Of a stretch of 64,000 nt of DNA, positions 1-12,945 are shown one piece after another. The position numbers and the translations under genes are program-made. Every line of letters begins with the position of its first letter. Position 1 is the first letter of the stretch. The notes under the pieces were generated by a model. The model had not been told where the DNA came from and did no database searches. It worked only from the letters and a program-made list of their open reading frames with translations. Source of the stretch: Gekko japonicus (taxonomy: Eukaryota); the NCBI RefSeq assembly GCF_001447785.1, contig NW_015173680.1, positions 650,557 through 714,556 of the forward strand, read 5' to 3'.

Positions 1-24
1 CTTTTAGCCAGGTACTGAAAAGTC

Positions 25-2460
25 ATAGAACCATAGAGTCGGAAGGGACCTCCAGGGTCATCTAGTCCAACTCCCCTGCAAATGCCGGAAATTCACAAAT
101 ACCCCCCACCCCCAGTGACCCGTTTTCATGCCCAGAAGATGACAAAAAAACCTCCAGAATCCCTGGCCAAACTGGCCTGGAGACAAATTACTTCTTGACC
201 CCAAAGTGGTAATCAGCATTTCCCTGGGCATGTAAGAAGGGGCAACAAGAACTAAGCACTGATGCAACCCTTCCTGCCCTCCCTCTCATGACCTGCCTAA
301 GTTCACAGATTCAGCATTGCTGTCAGATGGCCATCTAGCCTCTGTTTGAAAACCTCCAAAGAAGGAAAGCCCACCACCTCCCGAGAAAGCCTGTTCCACT
401 CAGGAACCACTCTGTCAGGAAATTATTCCTAATGTTTAGCCGAAAACTCCTTTGATTTGATTTCAACCAATTGTTTCAGGTCCAACCTTCCAGGGCAACA
501 GAAACCAACTCTGCACCATCTGTATACATAAAAGAAAGTCCCCTCACCATAAAATCAGCGTCCAGGCCAAACCGCTGGACCTAGAGACACCAAATTCGGG
601 GAGAGCACTCCTACCATGGCGTAGGTGCTCGCTAAGAAGGGATTTTCAGAAATTCGACCCCTAAGTGGGTCAAAACGGGGGAAATGTGTTCCGCCCATTG
701 ATTCCTATGTGGCTGCCAGGCGCCTGTCTAGGGTTGCCAAGTCTTGAAATCTTACCGGTGGGGGAGGCTCCGTTCTGTCCGGGAGCAGGCTGTGTGCGCG
801 CCGCCGCACCATCACCGGAAGTGATGTCAGACGTTGCTGACGTTGGGGGCGTGGCCGAGCTCGTCGGGGGGGAAACATGGTTCCCCNNNNNNNNNNNNNN
901 NNNNNNNNNNNNNNNNNNNNNNNNNNNNNNNNNNNNNNNNNNNNNNNNNNNNNNNNNNNNNNNNNNNNNNNNNNNNNNNNNNNNNNNNNNNNNNNNNNNN
1001 NNNNNNNNNNNNNNNNNNNNNNNNNNNNNNNGCTTATGGAGAGATAGTAAAGGACATTTCTAGGAGCCATTTCAATGCGTGCCTCCCTCATGAACCTGAA
1101 GAAATGTCCACCACATCACCACTCCCTCACACCAACCCCCCCTCACACCTCTCACCTCTTACTGCCCCCAAGAAAGCTCCTGGCAAATGTCGAGCCAGAT
1201 ACACCAACACTACAAGGAGGAGGCAACTTAGGAATGTGGCAAAGACATTTGCACATAGTACTCCTGCAGTGCACTGAGTTGCACAGGCCAAGTACCAGCA
1301 AGATCACCCTGAGGTGCTCAGAACAGCACAGTCTCCACATGAGCAAAACAATCCAGGAACACAAGTAGAGAGGCCATCACTTTCGTGGAAGGTGGCAGGA
1401 GTTGACTTAACAGCTTCTTAAATGGACAGTTCTATGTGGCCTGCTCCAGAGTGAGCTCATCAAGCAGCCTGGTGATCCTAGCACCTGAGGGCAGAACCAT
1501 CAATGTGTTCTAGAGAGAGGTCCTTCAGTAGAGGGAAAAAAAAGTACGTATGTCTCACTTCATTTCTTACACTACAATCTTCTCTGTTAGAATTCCTACA
1601 ACAAATGCCACATTTCAAATTTAACATCATCAGTATTATAACTGGATTTACGGAACTTAAATACTGTAGCAAAGCACGGGTAGCAGGCTAGTTCTCTATA
1701 TGACAGCCCTTCAAGTACTTAAGGATGGTTATCATATCACCTCTGAGTCGTCTCCTCTCCAGGCTAAACATACCCAGCTCCTTCAACCTTTCCTCATAGG
1801 ACTTGGTCTCCAGACCCCTCACCATCTTTGTTGCCCTCCTCTGGACACATCCCAGCTTGTCCATATCCTCCTTAAATTGTGGTGCCCAAAACTGAACACA
1901 ATACTCTAGGTGAGGTCTAACTAGAACAAAGTGATACCATCACTTCACGTGATCTAGACACTATATTTCTGTTGATGCAGCCCAAAATTGCATTTGCTTT
2001 TTAGCTACTGCATCACACTGCTGATTCATGTTCAGTGTATAGTCTACTAAGATCCCTAGATGCTTTTCGCACATACTACTGCCAAGACAAGTCTCCTCCA
2101 TCCTATAATTATGCATTTGAGTTTTACTATGCAGAACTTGACATTTATCCCCATTGAAGTTCATTTTATTTGTTTTAGTCCAGTTTTCCAGCCTGTCAGG
2201 ATTATCCTGTATCCTGACTCTGTCTTCTGTTGTATTTGCTACGCTTCCCAATTTAGTATCTGCAAATTTAATAAGCATTCCCTCTATTCCTTCATCCAAA
2301 TCATTTATAAAGATGTTGAACAAAACAAGTACCAGGACAGATCCTTGAGGCACTCCACTTGTCAGTCTTCTCCAAGGAGATGAGGAACCATTAACAAGCA
2401 CTCTTTGGGTGCGATCTGTCAACCAGTTACAGATCCACCTAACAGTAAGAGGATCCCAAC
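25..2460 (-). mobile_element. CR1 LINE, 5'-truncated, split by a Helitron (CR1 parts 25-518 and 1692-~2460)
   Basis: ORF 1961-2422 encodes CR1 RT motifs (SGVPQGSVL..LFNIFINDLD..KFADTKLG). CR1 3' tail (catagaa) at the window start. The two parts rejoin cleanly across the insertion. Confidence 0.88.
519..1691 (+). mobile_element. Non-autonomous Helitron
   Basis: 5' TC(TGTATACATAAAAG), 3' CTAG preceded by a degenerate hairpin (CTGTAGCAAAGCACGG), inserted between host A518 and T1692 with no TSD. Contains an N gap at 887-1031. Confidence 0.75.
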
Positions 2461-2813
2461 CACACTGGATCCTATTACTGTTAGGTGGATCTGTAACATA
2501 GTATCTTTCTTGGAATCAGATGCTAGAGGCAAGTAATGTAGGACAAGATTATCTGTGACTTTCCTGAGGTATCTGATCAGAGCAGAAAGATTTGTAGTCT
2601 GCTTCCTAAGACAATTTTTACGTTCTCTAAGGGCATGGGGCGTTCTGGTGGCAGCTGGGCCCCTTTATGCAAAGCTAAATGAGATGGGGGGGGAGAGGGA
2701 ATCTCCCAGTTGCCGTGACACTCCCACATTGTGCCTTTTGAAGGCCATCTGGCTCCTGCTTTCTCCACCCTCATGCCTCTGCCAAGCCACAGCTTTCTCC
2801 TCTTTCCTTTCAG

Positions 2814-5800
2814 ATCCCAGAGGTTACAGTTTGATGTTTCCTCACCAAATGGCATCCTGCTCTTTCGGGAGACAAGTAAAATGATAACTACCTATGGTGA
2901 GTACTGGCAGCTGCTGGACTGCTTTCTAAACTCACTGACAAAGCAAAACAAGCAGAAAGGAAAAAGAAGGCCTTGCCAAATGCACATCAGCAACTCAGCA
3001 TCTCCCCTCCCATAAACACTGAAGTTCAATAAGGAGTGAATTGGGAAGCAGGGCTGAATTTGGGAGAGACAAAATTCACTTGCTCCACCATGGTTATCTA
3101 GCATGATCCCATTTTTCCCCCTTTTGAATAAACCTGCCATGGATTATTCCAACACATGGTCACATATAATTTGAAAAGAGTGCTTCAGAAACAGGATTAG
3201 TCAAAAGGGGAAGCAGAGTATAAAGTGGATCAGATCTATTCAAAATGTCTGGAAATTCCTTAAATCCATAAAGATTTCAACTCAGACTGTATACAGAAGA
3301 ACATACTGCTTCACAAAACACATTCATTTTTGGAAATAACTGTTAAACAGATTCATGAAGGATAGGTCTGTAAATGGCTGTTAGCCATGATACATAAATG
3401 GAACCGCTGGAGTGGATCCGACCACTACCAAAGTTTGTTTGTTTGTTAAAATATTTATATCCTGCATTTCCTTTTGGCTCAGGTTTAGAGCACTCCTCCA
3501 ATTTAAATGGTTCTTCCAAGGTTACTTGGAAGTTGGTTGGATTTACCTCACTATGGCCAAGGGGCATCATGGCTTGAAGCCACACCATTTTCTACTAACA
3601 GAAGGCAGTTCCATCAGTAGCACACAGCAGCTTATTGAGCTCCCTACCATGCTGCTTCTGGGGGGGTGGAGTGCCCTCGGGGAAAATGGGTTGGACCCAG
3701 GCTAAATTTTCCATCAGCATAACAGAGATTTCATGCTGCCCCTCCCCCACTGGAGCCCACTGACCTCAACAAAATGCTGCTCCTGGAGATGTGGGAGACC
3801 CTGAGGAATGACATGAGGGGGGTCTGCAGTGCAAAGGGAGAATCAGTGGAAATTGTCCATTTGATCTGAATCCAACCCAGTATGAGGGACAGATTAGGAG
3901 TCTGCAATAAGAAGGCGAAATTGGCAAAAATCCATGTCCCCCTGCTGGTGGAAAACAGTGTTTAGGTCCACCCCCATAGTTCTGAAAAACAGTTACTGGG
4001 GAAAAACAGCAAGAGGAAGTTCTAGCCTCAGTGTCCTGCTTGCAGGTAGGGATCTACATTCAGTTCGTCCGAACCGAATGCACCCCTGAAAATGGCCCAT
4101 TCGGACCCCTTTCGGGCTGCTGCAGACAGATTCGGATTCTCTGATCTGAATAGGCTTGCTGCCGAATTGCCACCAAATTTCAGCAGCAATTTGGCCCCAT
4201 TATATCCTATGGGCCATTGAAGTCAATGGCGAAAACATGGGGTATATTCTGGGGGATGGAGGGGCGGGGGTTTGAGGGAGAGGCTCCAAACTCGTAGGGT
4301 AGCTGCTGGACCCTCTCCCCAAGATACCACCCAGGTTTGAAGAACATTGGACCAGGAGGTCCAATTCTACAGGCCCCCAAACAGGTTGCCCCTATCCCCT
4401 CCATTGTTCTCTATGGTGGGAAAAAAGTATAATGGGGCTGAAATTGATATTCGACTGGCTGAAAGACTCCCGAATGGGCCGAATTATTATTTTTTTTCAC
4501 ACCCCTAATTGCAGGCCTTCTAGAGGCAACTGTTTGGCCACTCCAGGAAACTGGATGGTAAATTAGATGGATTTTGGCTATAATCCAGTGAGGATCTCAG
4601 ATTGTGGGGGGGGGGTGGACTAGATGACCCTGGGATCCCTTCCAACTCTATGATTCTATGAATGATCTGAAGCAGCAGTATTATGTTTTTGGTTCTGAGA
4701 TGTGCCAGCGTACTTGGTAAAAGGTCCTGACACTTTGTCTTTAAATTTCCTTCTAAGTACACCTTAATAACTAGTGAAACACCTTAGCATTATCTGACAT
4801 ATTGGTGCTCCTGACATGCTTTTGCAGGAAATCGAATCCTAACGCTTGGGGAGGTTCCAAAAGATCAAGTGTATGCCTTGAAGCTTAAAGGGATCTCCAT
4901 CTGCTTCTCAATGCTGAAGGCTGCACTAAGTGGCAGCTACGTCAACTTCGGTGTCTTCCGTCTGTATGGGGATGATGCACTAGATAACGCCTTGCAAACT
5001 TTCATCAAGCTTCTGCTGTCCATCCCACACAGTGATCTTTTGGTAAGCTAGTACAACAGCCATCATATCTCAGGGTAGTCCCACAGCGTTTCAGTTCAGG
5101 CTCTCTGAGCCCACCCCCTTTTTATTCAGTGGCTGCCAGCCATGATATTTTATAGTACTGTGGATGTGCACAACCGTGGATATGCACAAACATAATTTTT
5201 AGTGCATACTCAACTTAGACCTTTCCAATCTCAAGGAGAGACCCCTTATCCTGGGAGCTTTTTATAACATTGCTCTGGATCAGTAAGCCCATTCATTGCT
5301 GAGCAGTCGGGTTAGAACAGATAAAAGGAAGTACTTCTTCACCCAAAGAGTGATTAACACATGGAGTTCACTGGCCACAAGAAGTGGTGGTGGTGGCTAC
5401 AAGCATGGACAGCTTCAAGAGGGAATTAGATAAGCATATGGAGCAGAAGTCCATCAGTGGCTACGGTATTAGCCACAAGGTATACATAGGAACTCTCAGG
5501 CTGGGGCAAGTGATGCACTGTATTCTTGGTGCTTGGGAGGGCTTCTAATGTCCTGGCCCCACTGCTGGACCTCCTGATGGCACCTGGTATTTTTGGCCAC
5601 TGTGTGACAGAGTGTTGGACTAGATGGGCCTTTGGCCTGATCCAACATTGGCTTTTCTTATGTTATGTTCAGTTGACATGTAGAGTTATGGAATGGAGCA
5701 CGCCAAGTTTGGGCTATCGCAGGAAGCCTGGAAAAGGCTTCTCTATCAGAGTTGACATGTAGAGTTATGGAGCATGCCAAGTTTGGGCTATCACAGGAAG

Positions 5801-8800
5801 CCTGGAAAAGGCTTCTCTATCAGTGGCTTTCCAATGCTTTGAGCGTTATGCCTTGTATTTCCATATCCACAGCTTTTGCAGGGCTATTTTCATTCAAAGG
5901 CCCAACTTGACTCCTGACCTAGAAGACCCTTGTGTGCTTTTGTGCCAATGAGGACTCCTAGGAAGCCCTCTAAGAGACTTTCTTAGGGCTCCTAGGAAAC
6001 CAGCCTTCCTAGGCAGAGCAGTACAGCAGAGGGCTGCCACTTGTGTCTGCTGAGAGCTGCATTCTAACTGATACATGAGGGGCACCAGAATGATGCTGCT
6101 TACGCTTGTCCTAAGAAAAATACCTGGGCTGCAGGAGGGGGAAATTGACCTTTGAACAGATCAGCAAATTATGTCCTGTGTATACATAAAGGAAGCCATA
6201 TGCCTGGCAGAAGTGCTTTGCCATTTCTCATCTTCCACCTTAACATTTCTCAGTTCCTAAACACCTTCTCATCGAGAGTGAGGCTCCAAGTGCTCCTTTA
6301 TCTGCTGGTGTTTCACGTAGGTCTGCAGTGGCAGATGCTGCCTTCATCTTTTAAAAATGTCCTGCATAGCCAGTGAAGGAGAGCAACTTTTTGAAAAATG
6401 ACAACCCAAGATTAAGAACTGTAAGGAATATATCAAATGTTAGCAATTTGCAATGCAATAGCTGACCCCCTTGCTTGGACTCCTAAACAAACACGAAGCG
6501 GCATCCAGTTCTCTGGGGAAAAGTAGGAGGGAGGGGACTCTGAAAGCTGTGGCTTCTGAAAAGGGATGCATTACAACTTGACCGTATATGTACTGCACAG
6601 TGGTTTGTATACTCCCTGTCTGCAGTCAGCATGCAGTTCTAGTATGCCAGAACGCGCCCTGCTGGGATAGCCACTCATGGCCACCCTTTTCCATCCATTC
6701 TTTCTCTCTGCAGGATTATCCCAAGCTCAGCCAGTCATACTATTCCTTACTGGAAGTTCTCACCCAAGATCACATGAACTTTATAGCTAGCCTGGAGCCT
6801 CACGTAATCATGTATATTCTTTCTTCCATTTCGGAAGGTCTCACAGCACTAGGTGAGTGTGCATATTTTTCCTCCCCCTCGGTGTGTTTGAGCACAGCAA
6901 AGGCTCCGGGGAATCCCAAAAACTCATGTGGCAATGGTGAGGAAGGATAGCTGGAGAAGTATAGGAAGACAATAGCACCAAAGAAATGGGAGTTTTGCTG
7001 TATATGTGCCCCTCTCTAGCTGTCCAAGTTCAGAGGCATTAACACCATGTGGCTGTGTAGCAGAATCTCAAGCCTACCAACAGCACCCAGATTCTGGCTG
7101 TTTGTGTCATACAGTGATCTAAAACATTTTAAAAATACGTTCTATATATTGCATTCTCAAGGTTCTAAAATCAGTAAAATCCAGGAAAACTAGAAGATTC
7201 AATAAAAACTGCATGCAGTAAAGCTTAAAATAAGCCTGTTAAAAAGCAGCAGTGATAATAAGACACATTGTCAGCAGCAAGAACCCAAACAAAAAGCACC
7301 AAATTTGGGGGCAGGTGAAGGAACAAACATACTTATACAGCAACAGAACCAACCCAGCAGTCTGCAAATGCCTGGACAGAAGCAAGTTTAATTCGGCACT
7401 GAAAGTTCAACAGATTTAGCACAGAACAAGGTTTGAGTCCAGTGGCACCTTTAAGACCAACAGAGTTTTTATTCACGGTATAAGCTTTCGTGTGCAAGCA
7501 CACTTCCTCAGATTTAGCACAGGGCATTCCACAAAGGCAGCCCTTTGTCTGCAAATGCCTTAGTCTGCATGGAGCTGGGCTTCTGATGATAGTTGTAACT
7601 GTTGGGCATGCTCCTATGGATTTGGTTTCTTGAAGAAGCTGTCCATCTTTTTGAAACTTCTCTATGTATGGTGGGTGGCACAGGCAGCACCATGGATAGG
7701 TATTATTCTTCCTCCTCCAAAAAAAAAAAAAGCCAGATTTTTCATCAATTTCAGTTGCTTTTGCTGGCTGACATGTGACTTTTTATTAAAGGCTGATGTT
7801 TTCCCATGGATATGTTCACATTGGCTGCTTTCTGTAACCTGTTCTAGTAAGTTCTACATAATGCGTGTGCAGCCAACACTTAATACTGCAAGCTCCCTGA
7901 TGTGCAGGTGTTTTGAGATTTTAGTGCTAATTGTAATACCCCTTAACCCAATCTTCTTGCCTGTCCTTAATTCTCTGCCATTTCTTCATTTCCACCCTTC
8001 TTCATCTTTACCAAAGGATTAACATCTTAGAAGATTGCTTTGGTCTGCAGCATTCCTTAACAGACCCTTTTTCAGACTTGTTCCTCTGCAAACCACAAAA
8101 CCCACCTCAGTATTCAAAGAATCTCACATTTGTGATAGAAGGTGGGCATGCACTGTAATGGATTGCAGCAGTGTTGTTCTGGTGCATACCTCACCTTAGA
8201 TGATGTTGCAATGAGGTATTTGGCTGCCTTCGCTGTATCTTTTAGCAAGGGCCCAGCTAAATATGGTGGGCCCTAAGCGTTCCCAGTCACCTGTAATGCT
8301 GAAGTCATCCTACTCCATCCCTCTTTCCTGTCCTTGTAGACACCATGGTTTGCACAGGCTGCTGCTCCTGCTTGGACCACATTGTCACCTATCTCTTCAA
8401 GCAGCTCTCTCGCAGCACCAAGAAGAGGACTGCGCCACTATCCCAGGAGAGTGATCGATTTCTGCACATTATGCAGCAGCACCCAGAGATGATCCAGCAG
8501 GTAAGGGCCAGGCAAGTAATGCTGACTGCCAAGGAGTGGTAATCTTTTAGGGGACCCACATAGGATATTTGTGGTCATGTGGCTGTCCAAGGCCTTAGCA
8601 GATCAGTCTTACTAGGAGCAGGAAGTCTGTCCAAGAGCATCACAAAATACAAATTACCACCCACCCTTCATACACGTAGCTACCTACTTGCCTTGTTTTT
8701 CCCTCCGGCTTGTTCTGTGCATGCTTGAGCGAGGAGGGTATTGTTATTGTAATATAACTAGATTGCAATGCAGTCTATAGGCACACCCTCTGCAAGGCAT

Positions 8801-11631
8801 CAATAAATCATAAGAGCACCAAGGGGGTGCTTTAAGTGTTCTAGGGGGTAGCCGTGTTGGTCTGCAGTAGAGTACTTCGAGTCGAGTCCAGTAGTGCCTT
8901 AGAGACCAACAAGGTGCTACTGGACTTGGATCTGTTCTTTTAAGTGTGATACCCTCCATAAGGGAATCAGTATATGGAAGAGGCCTTCAAGCTTGCTTAG
9001 TGCACATATGCATCCCTTCCACAGCCACCTGTTGGTAAGCATGAATAGCACCAGTGACTGGAAGCTTTTTCTTCATAAAACAGTATTTCTCCCCATAAAC
9101 GAGCAGTGATATAGCACCTGTGACTTGACTTCCAGATGCTGTCAACCGTGCTGAATATCATCATTTTTGAGGACTGCAGGAACCAGTGGTCCATGTCTCG
9201 GCCTCTGCTTGGGTTGATACTGCTCAATGAAAAGGTAGCTCTTCCCCTGTGCCTCCCTGTACATTTCTGACCTAGGCTTGGATCCTAAGCCTTGCTTTCA
9301 CTCACCCTGACCCTTGTCTGTGACAGAGGTGCTGCTGCTCTGCAGAATGCATGCCAGTTTGGTGTAGTGGTTAAGAGTGGTGAAGTGTAATCTGGAGAAC
9401 CAGGTTTGATTCCCCACTCCTCATGCAGCTGCTGGGTGACCTTGGGTCAGTCAAGGTTCTCTGAGAGCTGTTCTCTCAGAGCTCTCTCAGCCCCACCTGC
9501 CTAACAGGGTGTCTGTTGTGGGGAGAGGAAGGGAAGGAGATTGTAAGCCACTCTGAGTGAAGCAGAGTATAAATCCAGTCTCTTCTTCTTATGCTAGGAG
9601 CTTCAGTTCAGGCAAGACCAGTGTCTCCGTGAGCTGAAAAGTGCCTGATGTCAGAGATACATGCTACACAGCAGAGGACTACCTCTGCTACAGCCAAAGG
9701 GCAGCAGAAACAAGGCTTAGGATCTAAGCTGTAGCTATGTCAGACTGAGTGTTCTGAAGGTGACATTTCCTTTCAGCACTCAGTCCTTCGATGTCTAACT
9801 CCATATGCCTTTCTTTTCCCCACTCCACCCATTTTGTTTTCCAGTATTTTTCAGACCTAAGGAACAGTATAGTAAACAGCCAGCCCCCTGAGAAACAGCA
9901 AGCCATGCATCTCTGCTTTGAAAACCTCATGGAGGGTATTGAACGCAATTTGCTCACCAAGAATCGTGATAGGTCAGTATCTCCTTTGTGCCTCAGAGCA
10001 GCCTGCATCACTGCAAAGCAAAAGAGCTAGGCCCTCTCCAAAATGCTTTGCAGGAGCCACGGCACCTTGGGAGAGTCTGCTCTTCCAGAGCCTCTCTTGT
10101 AGAAGCAGCGTGGCTTAGAAATCATTTGAGATTGTGAGCTGTATAGAATTTCCTGGACAAGGATTTGCCATGTTCAGAAATCTTATTTGAGGACAGAGTA
10201 AGGAGTCTGCATGTGCCCCACCTTACAAATGTTTGCACACAGTATTTAAAGCATCCTCTTTTTGCCCCACAAACCCATTTCACTGAAGTAGACAAGCACT
10301 TCCTAGCAGGCAATGCCCTAAGCAGAAGAATTTATCATGCTGCTGAAGTGTCTAAAGGCAGATCCCATGATGCAGTCTAAAAGGATTGGAAATGCTTATT
10401 CTAGCAAAATTATTCTGAGAAATGGAGGAGGAAATATCAACAGTGTTCTGATCTTCTTAGAAGGAGAAACAGTTGCTGCAGGTTTAGACATCCCCATTGT
10501 ACAGAGATGCACCCTGGAGTTTTATACCCACATATCAACCAACAACAAGATTTATCAAAAGCTGGAAGTATTTTCCTAATTGTAACAGCAGTTCAGCAAT
10601 GGGAGAAACTGCCTAGGGAGACGGTAGAAGAATTCCATTCCAAAAAGACTTGGAAGAACAATTATACAGGTATCATAGGAAGCCACCTTGTACTAAATCA
10701 GGCCATTGGTCTGGTTGTCTCAGTACTTTGTATTCTGAATGGCAGCCACTCTCCCTTGCATGTCAGAGGCAGTATTGAACCCAAAACCTTGTGCAAAGAG
10801 GTTCCAAATTCCAGTAACAGCCCCTAATTTGTGGATACTCTTGGAAACAAAAAAATTCCTTTACACCTATTTGATTTTATAGTTGGCATGATTATATGTA
10901 GAAAATTCAGATCAGGAGTCTTTCAGAAAACCCTTAAGTTAAAAAAAAAAAGATGAAATGGGATAGAAATAGTGTGAACAGAAGCAGGTAATGTTAATTT
11001 TGGGCAGGGCCAGAAACTGTAGGGAACTGTAATCAAAACCACAATCTCACGATTGGTAAAAGATCTGCTTTCAAAATTTTACTTCTCAATCATAAGGGCT
11101 AGAAATGCCTGTTGATCTCATAAATGAAAACGGAGAGCCTTCCAGATCCAACTTCACAGCAAAATTGCCAGCCTGAAAACCCAGGGAATAATCAGATCTC
11201 TTTCAAGCAATCCTAGAGGAAACTCATGACAGTGCAAGATCAGTCCTGTCATTTTGTGTCTCAAGGGCTTCCTTTATACAAAGTAGAACGGTTCCTTGTA
11301 GTCCTGTTGTGGACAAACTGGTTAAGAATCCAAGGACAAAAAGCAACCAAAATAACACAAAGCTGTGTTCAAACTTTCAAGTCGTGCACACTGTTTTGCA
11401 TAATTTTATAGAAAGGCATTACATGGCTTTTGGGTTTTCCTCTGAACCACCACAACTACCTGCAATCTGTGATTAAGGGGTGGTTTCTTGCCTACACTGG
11501 GTCTTCCTAACACAGCTTTGGCTTGACTCCTTGGCAGGTTTACGCAGAACTTGTCTGCATTCCGTCGGGAGGTAAATGACTCTATGAAGAACTCCACCTA
11601 TGGGGTAAACAGCAACGACATGATGAGCTGA
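2814..11631 (+). CDS. XPO7: Exportin-7, 3' part (last 7 coding exons; 5' exons lie upstream of the window)
   Basis: AG/GT-bounded exons 2814-2896, 4828-5042, 6714-6852, 8340-8500, 9136-9234, 9845-9972 and 11538-11631 splice in phase. The product reads [49 protein letters not shown]...[23 protein letters not shown]...[30 protein letters not shown], essentially the vertebrate XPO7 C-terminus as recalled. Confidence 0.97.
4047..4507. mobile_element. hAT-type non-autonomous DNA transposon
   Basis: TAGGG...CCCTA termini with an 8-bp TSD, CTTGCAGG/ATTGCAGG (1 mismatch). Confidence 0.7.
5305..5668 (+). mobile_element. CR1 LINE 3' end fragment
   Basis: Encodes [17 protein letters not shown] (CR1 ORF2 end), then the 3' UTR and a (ttatg) tail. 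Near-identical to 63418-63701. Confidence 0.75.
5671..5823. repeat. Two-copy ~77-bp tandem duplication
   Basis: agttgacatgtagagttatgga...gaaaaggcttctctatcag occurs twice (5671-5749 and 5750-5823). Confidence 0.85.
7420..7512. mobile_element. Penelope-like element terminal fragment
   Basis: gagtccagtggcacctttaagaccaac...aagctttcg motif typical of reptile Penelope ends. Related pieces near 8840-8940, 40460-40540 and 43480-43600. Confidence 0.5.
9353..9590 (+). mobile_element. tRNA-derived SINE (Squam3-like)
   Basis: A box TGGTGTAGTGG, B-like GGTTTGATTCC and a (CTT)n tail. Confidence 0.7.
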
Positions 11632-12945
11632 CGTCTCGTGAGAAGGCTCTCTCTGGCGTGGGCCAGGGAGGTTAACTTTTCCGATGGAAAGACAAAAGGG
11701 CATTTCTGATCCCTGCTGGTCCCTGGGGCTAGGCTGCAGGAGGAGGGGGTGTAAAAAGTTCACCAGGGCAATGGGGGCTTGTGTTTCCTTGGGGAGGAGA
11801 GATGGGAGATTAGCATCTCCCCGTGTGAATGTCGGAGAGGAATCCCAGTGTCCTGCCGCAGCCTGCCTTGTATAAACATGTACATTTTTTCATAACATTT
11901 TGAACAAGGTTTATATTGACAGTTTAAAAAAAAGTGTGATTGAAATTTTTACAGAGTTTAGTGCACCAATGCTGAAGTGAGGGTTGTGTGTGAGTGAGGA
12001 AGCTGTGTCTCCTGGTTGCCTGCAGTGTTACTGGACCGAGGGGGTATGAAAGGGCAGAGTTCTATTTAGTGACAAGTGTAGAGAGGCAAAGTGTAAAATT
12101 CCAAATGTATATTTTTCTTATACATCCCTTTAACATACATCCACTTGTCCTTCCTCTCCCCCCCCCCCCATGTTGTTATGAACACAAAGCCATGCCATGT
12201 TATGTGATACTCCTAAGAGTGTGTTCCTCCCCCTCCCCAAAAAACCCCTACTCCTGCCTCGCCAGCCACAGGAAGGCTGAGCTGGTATGTCTCCGCCTCT
12301 TCCTTAGCCCATTGCACCAGCCTTTCTCCTTTCAGTTCACGTGAAACTCCCTTGTTTCTCAGCAGCTGGGAAATGTGTGGGGCTGGGGGGCTGAGCTAGT
12401 TTCTCTCCGCCCCAATGGAACTGCTTGTCCTGCATCCCCAGCCCTGAATTTCTTCAGAGGCTCTCTGTGCACTATCTATACTGACCACGTATGAGTCTGC
12501 ATTGAGAACAGTGGGGCTTGATGTAGGCTGTTCCCAGGGAGGGTTCTTACTAACAAAGTCAGCCTAGCATGATGTGTAACAAAATCCCTTAAGATAAGCC
12601 CACTTTTTTTTTTCCAGTACCGCAACCTCATCATCATCAATATTTTGGGTATTTAAATTCTCTTAGAGGAAATTATTGGGGGAGGGGGGGAAACCTGTCT
12701 GCCTTGTACTTTTCCCACTCTTCTTGCTGCTAGTTCTGTGCACCCCCTAGCCCAGCTCTTAACCTTCTGTCTGGTTTCTCTTTCCAGATAGCACCACCTC
12801 AATTTTATTTTTTGTTCTTTCCTCTGGCGATTGTGTGTTGGGTCCTTTTTGCGTGAGCAGATTGCTGGATGACTTGTAAGGGTGTTTGCTGCATACAGTG
12901 TAAGCATTGTGGCTGCAAATAAACTTCAGTGGTTTCTACTGAGCT
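11632..12945 (+). other. XPO7: XPO7 3' UTR with AATAAA at 12918-12923
   Basis: Follows the TGA at 11629-11631. AATAAA is followed by GT-rich sequence. The end coordinate is approximate. Confidence 0.6.

Noticed and set aside
2501-2509. GTATCTTT resembling a U12-type donor
   Set aside because: It is preceded by the CR1 hairpin rather than an XPO7 coding exon.
2814-11631. RANBP17 rather than XPO7
   Set aside because: The C-terminus ([18 protein letters not shown]) and linkage to FGF17 fit XPO7.
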